From NCBI GenBank assembly GCA_041497895.1, contig JBGQHJ010000123.1, forward strand, positions 1 to 14,808: a DNA stretch of 14,808 nt, read 5' to 3'. Numbering within the stretch: the first letter of the stretch is position 1; every line of letters starts with the position of its first letter. The position numbers were made by a program, and so were the translations under genes. The notes below the pieces were generated by a model. The model saw only the letters and a program-made list of their open reading frames with translations, had not been told where the DNA came from and made no database searches. This document shows positions 8,697-14,808 of this stretch, one piece after another. The DNA comes from Candidatus Methylomirabilia bacterium (GTDB lineage: Bacteria; Methylomirabilota; Methylomirabilia; Rokubacteriales; CSP1-6).

Positions 8697-9386
8697 ATGG
8701 AAATGCGTGAGCTGACGATCAGGAAGCGTGACGGCATCGGCAAGGGCCCGGCCAAGCGGCTGCGGCGCGGCGGGCAGGTCCCGGCCACCCTCTACGGCGG
8801 CGCGGCCCCGGTGAACGTCGCGGTGACGCCCAAGGACATCCTCCGGATCATCCACGGTCACGAGGGCAGCACCCAGCTCTTCCGGGTCTCCTTCGAGGGC
8901 AGCACGGACGCCAAGATGGTGATCATCCGGGACATGCAGTTCGATCCGGTCTCGGAGAGCCTCATCCACGTCGACCTGCAGGAGGTCGCGATGGACCGGG
9001 CCATCCAGGTCTCGGTGGCGATCCATCACGTGGGCGAGTCGGTCGGGGTCAAGGACTCGCAGGGCATCCTCGAGATGGTGCTCCGCGAGGTGCGGGTCTC
9101 GTGCCTGCCGGGCAACATCCCCGAGTACCTCGAGGCCGACGTCACCAACCTGAACATCCACGACGTGCTGACCGTGAAGGACCTGAAGGTCCCCGAGGGC
9201 GTGCGCGTCCTGAACGACCCCAACCAGGCGGTGGTGACGGTGGCTCCGCCGGCGGCGGAAGAGGTCGCGGCGGTCACCGTGGCGCCCACCGAGGCGGCGG
9301 CGGCCGAGCCGGAGGTGCTCACCGAGCGGAAGCCCAAGGAGGAAGTGGGCGAGGCCGAGAAGGGCGGAGCCGAGAAAAAGAAGTAA
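8697..9386 (+). CDS. rplY: 50S ribosomal protein L25/general stress protein Ctc, long form (229 aa)
   Basis: SD AAGGAG 9 nt before ATG 8697. GKGPAKRLRRGGQVPATLYG, QFDPV...IHVDL, the C-terminal domain CLPGNIPE and an acidic Ala-rich tail. Confidence 0.95.
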   Translation: MEMRELTIRKRDGIGKGPAKRLRRGGQVPATLYGGAAPVNVAVTPKDILRIIHGHEGSTQLFRVSFEGSTDAKMVIIRDMQFDPVSESLIHVDLQEVAMDRAIQVSVAIHHVGESVGVKDSQGILEMVLREVRVSCLPGNIPEYLEADVTNLNIHDVLTVKDLKVPEGVRVLNDPNQAVVTVAPPAAEEVAAVTVAPTEAAAAEPEVLTERKPKEEVGEAEKGGAEKKK

Positions 9387-9929
9387 GTGGCCCAGGCCGT
9401 CGTCGGGCTGGGCAATCCGGGACCGGAGTACCGCAACACCCGACACAACGTGGGCCAGCGCGTGGTGGACGCGCTGGCCCGCCGCATTCATGCGCGCTTC
9501 GAGCGCGGCGGCGCCCACGCCGTCGCGTCCGGACGCTGGCAGGGCGAGCCGCTGTACCTGATCAAGCCGGGAAGCTTCATGAACGTCACCGGGCCGCCGA
9601 TGGCCCGCCTCGCCCGGAAGCTCGGTCTGGGCGCGGCCGACCTCGTCATCGTGTTCGACGACATCGATCTTCCCCTCGGCAAGGTCCGCGTGCGCCAGAG
9701 CGGCAGCGCGGGCGGCCACAACGGGATGCGCTCGATGATCGCGGCCTTCGGCACCGACGCCCTCCGGCGCGTCAAGATCGGCGTCGGGCGACCCGGGACG
9801 CCAGGTGAGGACCGCGACCGGGTGGCCGACCACGTGCTCTCGCCGTTCGAGCCGGAGGAGCACGAGGCGGTCGCCCGGGCCTGCGACGAGGCGGCCGACC
9901 AGGTCATGAAGCTGGTGGAGGGCCGCTGA
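9387..9929 (+). CDS. pth: Peptidyl-tRNA hydrolase
   Basis: VVGLGNPG, TRHNVG (catalytic His), FMN, DDIDLP, GSAGGHNG and IGVGRP. The GTG directly follows the rplY TAA. Confidence 0.96.
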   Translation: MAQAVVGLGNPGPEYRNTRHNVGQRVVDALARRIHARFERGGAHAVASGRWQGEPLYLIKPGSFMNVTGPPMARLARKLGLGAADLVIVFDDIDLPLGKVRVRQSGSAGGHNGMRSMIAAFGTDALRRVKIGVGRPGTPGEDRDRVADHVLSPFEPEEHEAVARACDEAADQVMKLVEGR

Positions 9930-9942
9930 CCGCGGCAGCCGC

Positions 9943-12435
9943 ATGAGCGTCCTCTACCCCGCGGTGCGACTGTCCACCGGCAGCGGCGGGCTCGAATGGC
10001 CGGAGGTGCTGGCCCTGCTCGCCCGCGAGGCGCGCACCGCGATGGGCCGCGAGCTGGCGCAGGCCGCCCCGCCGCGCACGGATCCGGACGCGATCCGGCG
10101 GGCCCTCCAGGAGACCACGCAGGCCCGCACCGCGCTGGGCCAGACCGGCGCGCCCCCGTGGGACGGCGTGGTGGACGTGCGACCGATGCTCGAGGCCGCG
10201 CGCGTGCCGGGCTCGGTGGCGGAGGCGGCCGACCTGGCCGCGCTGATCCCGCTGCTCGAGGCGGCGGGGCGGCTCCGGGCCTACGGCCGGGCCATCGCTC
10301 CGGTCGCGCCCGACCTCGCGGCCAGGCTGGCCGGCTTCCCCCAGCAGAAGGAGCTGGCCGACCTGCTCACCCGCTCCATCGACGCCGACGGCCAGCTGCG
10401 CGACGACGCGTCCCCCGCGCTCCGCCGGGCGCGCGGCCGCATCCGCGACCTGCGGCGCGAGATCGTCAAGCGGCTCGAGGCCTACTTCGGCGCGCCGGGC
10501 GCGGAGGCCACCTTCCAGGAGCGCTACGTCACCGTCCGCCACGGCCGGTACGTGCTGCCGATCCGCGCCGAGGCCAAGGGGCGGCTGCGCGGCATCGTCC
10601 ACGACCGGTCGCAGAGCGGGGCCACCCTCTTCGTCGAGCCGGAAGGGATGGTGGAGGCCAACAACGACCTCGTGCAGGCGGTGCGCGAGGAGGAGATCGA
10701 GATCGTCCGCATCCTGGCCGCCCTCACCGACGCGGTGCGAGAGGCGCTGCCGGAGCTGGACGCGCTCGTCGCCGGCATCGGCGGGCTCGACCTGGTCTTT
10801 GCCCGCGGCGCCCTCGCCGAGCGGATGGAGGCGGTCGAGCCCGCGATCGGCGACGCCCACGACGTCTTCCTCCCGGGCGCCCGCAATCCCCTGCTCCTCG
10901 CCCAGGGGTGGCGCGCCGGGGCAGCCGAAGATGGAGTCGGAACACCTGTAATCCCCATGGACATCGAGATCCACGCGGACCGGCCGCTGCTCGTCATCAC
11001 CGGGCCGAACGCGGGCGGCAAGACGGTGGCGCTCAAGACCCTCGGCCTGCTCGCGCTGATGGCGCAGGCGGGCTGCCACGTGCCGGCGTGCGCGGGAGCG
11101 CGCCTGCCCATCTTCTCCCAGCTCTTCGCCATCGTGGGCGACGACCAGAGCGTGGCCGAGAACCTCTCGACCTTCTCCGCGTTCGTCAAGCAGCTCCGCG
11201 ACGTCCTCGATCGGGTCGACGAGCACTCCCTCGTGCTGCTCGACGAGCTGGGCGCGGGCACCGACCCCGACGACGGCGCCGCGCTCGCCCAGGCGGTGCT
11301 CGAGCACCTGGCCGAGCGCGGCGCGGTGGTGGCGGCCTCGACGCACCTCGAGCCCCTCAAGGGCTTCGCCTCGACCCACCCGCGGGCCCGCAACGCGTCG
11401 GTCGAGTTCGACCCCGAGCGCCTCGCGCCCACCTTCCGGCTCGTCTACGACCGGCCCGGCCAGAGCTACGCGCTCTCCATCGGCGCGCGGCTCGGCCTGC
11501 CGCCCGCCCTGATCGAGCGGGCCCACGCGCACCGCTCGACCCAGCAGCGCCAGCTCCAGGAGCTCCTCGCGCGCCTCGACGACCGCGACCGCCGCGACGC
11601 CGAGCGCACCGCCGCGCTGGAGCGGCGCGAGGCGGAGAGCGCGGGCCTGCTGGCCCGGGCCCAGGCGGAGCTGGAGACGGCGCGCGCCACCGCGCGGGAG
11701 GCGGTGGCCCGGGCGAGGGCGGAGGCCCAGCGCCTCGTCACCGAGGTGCGGCGGCACGTCAACGACGAGTGGGACCGTCTGAAGCGCGCCGAGAAGAGCC
11801 GCCCGGAGCTCGAGCGCGCGCGCAAGCGGCTCGTGGAGACCGCGCAGCGCGTGGAGCAGACCGCGGGCGCGGCCGCGCCGGCCCCCCCGCTCGGGGGCGC
11901 CGCCGCGGCGGCGGGCGATCGCGTCGAGGTCGCGCACCTCGGCCTCAAGGGCCAGGTGGTCGCGATCGATGGAGAGACCGCCACCGTGCAGGCCGGCGCG
12001 GTCACCGTGAAGGTGCCGCTCCAGGCGCTTACGGTGGTAGTCCGCGGCAACGTCGCCCGCGGCGATGCCGGCGGCGGCGATGTGGCGCGAGGCGAAGGAG
12101 TCATGTACAGTCGCCCCCGGATGGGGACGGGACTGGGAGCGAAGGCGGGGACCCGAGGGGCGGTGGCGGTGCCGGGCAAGAGCGGCGTGCCGGGCGAGCT
12201 CCACCTCATCGGGCGGACCACCGACGAGGCGCGGGATCTCCTCGAGAAATACCTCGACGACGCCTTCCTGGCCGGCCTGACCACCGTCCGGATCATCCAC
12301 GGCAAGGGTACCGGCGCGCTCCGGCGCGCGGTCGAGGACGTGCTGGGCGGCCATCCCCTGATCGCCGAGCATCGTCCGGGCGCAGCATCCGAGGGCGGCG
12401 GGGGCGCGACCGTGGCGACCCTCACCCAGGGCTGA
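9943..12435 (+). CDS. mutS2: Endonuclease MutS2 (RqcU-type) with ATPase, coiled coil, KOW and Smr domains (830 aa)
   Basis: GIVHDRSQSGATLFVEP, Walker A GPNAGGKT, LSTFSA, Walker B LLDELGAGTDP, STH, PGQSYAL, a coiled coil, KOW-like GDRVEV...GQVV and Smr IIHGKGTGALR...GGGGAT. Confidence 0.95.
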   Translation: MSVLYPAVRLSTGSGGLEWPEVLALLAREARTAMGRELAQAAPPRTDPDAIRRALQETTQARTALGQTGAPPWDGVVDVRPMLEAARVPGSVAEAADLAALIPLLEAAGRLRAYGRAIAPVAPDLAARLAGFPQQKELADLLTRSIDADGQLRDDASPALRRARGRIRDLRREIVKRLEAYFGAPGAEATFQERYVTVRHGRYVLPIRAEAKGRLRGIVHDRSQSGATLFVEPEGMVEANNDLVQAVREEEIEIVRILAALTDAVREALPELDALVAGIGGLDLVFARGALAERMEAVEPAIGDAHDVFLPGARNPLLLAQGWRAGAAEDGVGTPVIPMDIEIHADRPLLVITGPNAGGKTVALKTLGLLALMAQAGCHVPACAGARLPIFSQLFAIVGDDQSVAENLSTFSAFVKQLRDVLDRVDEHSLVLLDELGAGTDPDDGAALAQAVLEHLAERGAVVAASTHLEPLKGFASTHPRARNASVEFDPERLAPTFRLVYDRPGQSYALSIGARLGLPPALIERAHAHRSTQQRQLQELLARLDDRDRRDAERTAALERREAESAGLLARAQAELETARATAREAVARARAEAQRLVTEVRRHVNDEWDRLKRAEKSRPELERARKRLVETAQRVEQTAGAAAPAPPLGGAAAAAGDRVEVAHLGLKGQVVAIDGETATVQAGAVTVKVPLQALTVVVRGNVARGDAGGGDVARGEGVMYSRPRMGTGLGAKAGTRGAVAVPGKSGVPGELHLIGRTTDEARDLLEKYLDDAFLAGLTTVRIIHGKGTGALRRAVEDVLGGHPLIAEHRPGAASEGGGGATVATLTQG

Positions 12436-12447
12436 GGCGCCTTCGAC

Positions 12448-14370
12448 ATGCCGGGCGGGTTCACCCAGCAGCACCTCGACGAGATCCGCTCCCGCGTCGA
12501 CATCATCGAGATCGTCGGCCAGTTCGTGAAGCTCAAGCGGACCGGCGAGAACTGGAAGGGGCTCTGCCCGTTCCACACCGAGAAGACTCCGTCGTTCACC
12601 GTGAATCCGAAGCGCAACATCTACCACTGCTTCGGCTGCGGCGCGGGCGGCGACGCGTTCAGCTTCCTGATGCGCCAGGATCGCGTGGCGTTCCCCGAAG
12701 CGGTGCGCGCCCTCGCCGAGCGCGCGGGGGTGACGCTGCCCGACGCGGGCACCCGGACTCCCGAGGTGGACGGCAAGCTCGAGGCGCTGCGGCGGGTGAT
12801 GACGCTGGCCGCCGACTTCTACTCCGCCGCGCTCTGGGAGCACGGGGGCGAGAAGGCGCGCGCGTATCTCGAGCAGCGCGGGGTGGATCCCGAGGTGGCC
12901 CGGCGGTTCGGCCTGGGCTACGCGCCCGAGAGCTGGAACGCGCTGCTCTCGGCCATGGCGCGCCAGGGCATCGGCGACGACCTCCTGGTGCAGGCCGGGC
13001 TCGCCCTGCCCCGCCAGAACCAGCCCGGCTTCTACGACCGCTTCCGCGGCCGCCTCCTGTTCCCGATCCGCGACGTGCAGGGCCGCGTGGTCGCCTTCGG
13101 CGGCCGCGCGCTGTCGGGCGAGGAGCCGAAGTACCTCAACTCCCCGGAGACCCCGCTCTACGTCAAGGGGCAGACGCTCTACGCCCTCGACGTGGCCAAG
13201 ACCGCTATCCGCGATCGCAGCCGGGCCATCCTCGTGGAGGGCTACCTCGACTGCCTGATGGCGCATCAACACGGCTTCGGCGAGACGGTCGCGGCGCTCG
13301 GCACCGCGTTCACCCCCGCCCAGCTCGGGCTGCTGCGCCGCTACGCCGACGAGGTGGTGGCCCTCTTCGACGCCGACGCGGCCGGCCAGAAGGCTTCGAG
13401 CCGGCTCGAGGAGATGATGAACGACGTGATGGACCTGCAGAACCTGGGCTGGTCCATCGCGCGCACCGGGGGCTTCGAGAAGGCGGGCCACCTGCCGATC
13501 CGGGTGGCGGTCCTCCCTCCCGGCCACGATCCGGACAGCCTGCTCCGGGCCGAGGGCGCCGCCGCGCTCACCGCGCGACTCGACGCGGCGCGCCCGCTGC
13601 TCTCGTTCGTGCTCGAGCGGGCCCTCGGCGAGGAAGACCTGGCCACCCCACGGGGCCGGGCCAACGCCCACGCCCGCGTGGCCCTGATCCTGTCGAAGGT
13701 GGCCAATGCCGAGGAGGCGACCGCGCTGGCCCGCGAGGCCGCCCGCCGTCTCGGCGTCGACTCCACCCAGCTCTGGATCGAGGCCCAGCAGCTACAGGGA
13801 GCCCGCGCCCGGGGACGGCGGCCCGAGCCGGCGGCCGGTACCGCCGGCGCCCCCGACGCGGATGCCTGGCCACCGCCCGTTCCCTTCGAGCGCGATCTCG
13901 TGGCCCTCCTCTTGCAAGTCGACGATGCCCGCGTCGAGCTCCTGCCGATGCTCGAGGAGGAAGACGTGGTGCATCAGGGATTGCGTCTGGTCCTGGCCGC
14001 GCTGCGGCGAATCCCGGGCGGGGCGCCCGAGACCCTGATGGCCGAGATGCCGGGCGATCGGGAGCGGGGCCTCCTGGCCGCCCTGCTCGTCGAGGAGCGG
14101 AAGTGGGTCGATACACATAGTCACATCGCAGAGCTAAAGAGGCGGTACCATATCCGGCATCGCAAACACCGGGTGAGCCAGGTGACCCGGGCCATCATCG
14201 AGGCCCAGGCCAGTGGCGACCCGGCGCTGCCCGCGCTCGAGGACGAGCTTCGGGGCCTGCAGCGCGATTTGCAGCGGGAGGCGGATGCCGTCAGGGAGCT
14301 GGCACTGGCGCGCCCGGGGGCGTCGGGCCACGGTCCGGTGGACCCCCAGCGCCAGGCAGGAACACCCTAA
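12448..14370 (+). CDS. dnaG: DNA primase (640 aa)
   Basis: CHC2 zinc finger CPFHTEKTPSF...HCFGC, YDRFRGRLLFPI, FGGR, KYLNSPET, Toprim EGYLD / DADAAG and DPD. Confidence 0.96.
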   Translation: MPGGFTQQHLDEIRSRVDIIEIVGQFVKLKRTGENWKGLCPFHTEKTPSFTVNPKRNIYHCFGCGAGGDAFSFLMRQDRVAFPEAVRALAERAGVTLPDAGTRTPEVDGKLEALRRVMTLAADFYSAALWEHGGEKARAYLEQRGVDPEVARRFGLGYAPESWNALLSAMARQGIGDDLLVQAGLALPRQNQPGFYDRFRGRLLFPIRDVQGRVVAFGGRALSGEEPKYLNSPETPLYVKGQTLYALDVAKTAIRDRSRAILVEGYLDCLMAHQHGFGETVAALGTAFTPAQLGLLRRYADEVVALFDADAAGQKASSRLEEMMNDVMDLQNLGWSIARTGGFEKAGHLPIRVAVLPPGHDPDSLLRAEGAAALTARLDAARPLLSFVLERALGEEDLATPRGRANAHARVALILSKVANAEEATALAREAARRLGVDSTQLWIEAQQLQGARARGRRPEPAAGTAGAPDADAWPPPVPFERDLVALLLQVDDARVELLPMLEEEDVVHQGLRLVLAALRRIPGGAPETLMAEMPGDRERGLLAALLVEERKWVDTHSHIAELKRRYHIRHRKHRVSQVTRAIIEAQASGDPALPALEDELRGLQRDLQREADAVRELALARPGASGHGPVDPQRQAGTP

Positions 14371-14394
14371 CCCCCACCAGGAGAGCGGCGAGGC

Positions 14395-14430
14395 ATGGCG
14401 AACGAATCAAAGATGGCCGACGAACCGAAG
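14395..14430 (+). repeat. Imperfect 18-bp tandem duplication at the rpoD start (MANESK / MADEPK)
   Basis: ATGGCGAACGAATCAAAG versus ATGGCCGACGAACCGAAG, 14/18 identical, each beginning with ATG. Confidence 0.6.
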
Positions 14431-14808
14431 ATCGAGGAGCTGGACAAGCTCATCGCGAAGGGCAAGCAGAAGGGCTTCCTCACCTACGACGAGGTGAACG
14501 ACGCCCTGCCTTCCGATCTCGTCACGCTCGACCAGCTCGACGACATCATGCTGATGTTCGGCTCGATGGACATCGAGCTGGTGGACTCGACCAAGGCGGC
14601 GCGCCTGCCGTCGGAGATGGCCTCCCAGGCCGCCGACCCGGAGCCCGACGACGAGGAGCCCGAGCCCCGGCGCATCGATCTCACCCCCGGTCCCGTCGGC
14701 CGCACCGAGGATCCCGTCCGCCTCTACCTGCGCGAGATGGGCAAGGTGGCCCTGCTGACCCGCGAGGGCGAGATCACGCTCGCCAAGCGCATCGAGGAAG
14801 GCAAGGAC
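14395..14808 (+). CDS. rpoD: RNA polymerase primary sigma factor RpoD, 5' part (runs off the window)
   Basis: Not in the ORF track because no stop lies in the window. SD AGGAGAG is 9 nt before ATG 14395. Region 1.1 LIAKGKQKGFLTYDEVNDALP and region 1.2 DPVRLYLREMGKVALLTREGEITLAKRIEEG, in the canonical position after dnaG. Confidence 0.95.
   Translation, partial: MANESKMADEPKIEELDKLIAKGKQKGFLTYDEVNDALPSDLVTLDQLDDIMLMFGSMDIELVDSTKAARLPSEMASQAADPEPDDEEPEPRRIDLTPGPVGRTEDPVRLYLREMGKVALLTREGEITLAKRIEEGKD

Noticed and set aside
8010..9944. 644-aa minus-strand ORF and the 8091 upstream extension of rplY
   Set aside because: These are shadows of prs/rplY/pth. rplY has a clear SD and start at 8697.
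10921..10960. Short AT-richer patch in mutS2 containing CCTGTAATCCC (resembles an SRP/Alu motif or a -10 box)
   Set aside because: It encodes a variable loop in frame, with no supporting RNA structure or -35. Most likely chance.
9904..14120. 1255-aa minus-strand ORF (9904-13671) and 1374-aa alternative-frame ORF (9996-14120)
   Set aside because: Both overlap mutS2/dnaG. They are an antisense shadow and an Arg/Gly/Ala/Pro-rich off-frame translation caused by scarce stop codons in high-GC DNA.

Overview
Very GC-rich (roughly 70% by eye) bacterial housekeeping region with two divergent gene runs separated by a ~130-bp promoter gap (3568-3696). Minus strand: rlmD-type RNA m5U methyltransferase, two peptide ABC permeases (DppB/DppC-like) and a partial amidohydrolase, all tightly coupled. 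Plus strand: a 746-aa ORF that appears to fuse a DciA/DUF721 helicase-loader-like domain in frame to an internal lipoprotein signal and a long TPR array, followed by a LolB-position lipoprotein, ispE, tRNA-Gln(TTG), prs, rplY, pth, mutS2, dnaG and the 5' part of rpoD. No mobile elements, CRISPR arrays or clear intrinsic terminators were seen. The most unusual signal is the DciA-like/lipobox/TPR fusion. Secondary signals are recurring -10 boxes 8-9 nt before start codons (near-leaderless mRNAs), a possible internal Smr-only start in mutS2, pth-mutS2 adjacency and an insertion in the DnaG Toprim domain. The style suggests Candidatus Rokubacteria/Methylomirabilota, but this is an unverified impression. 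All family calls come from motif recognition by eye; no database searches were run.
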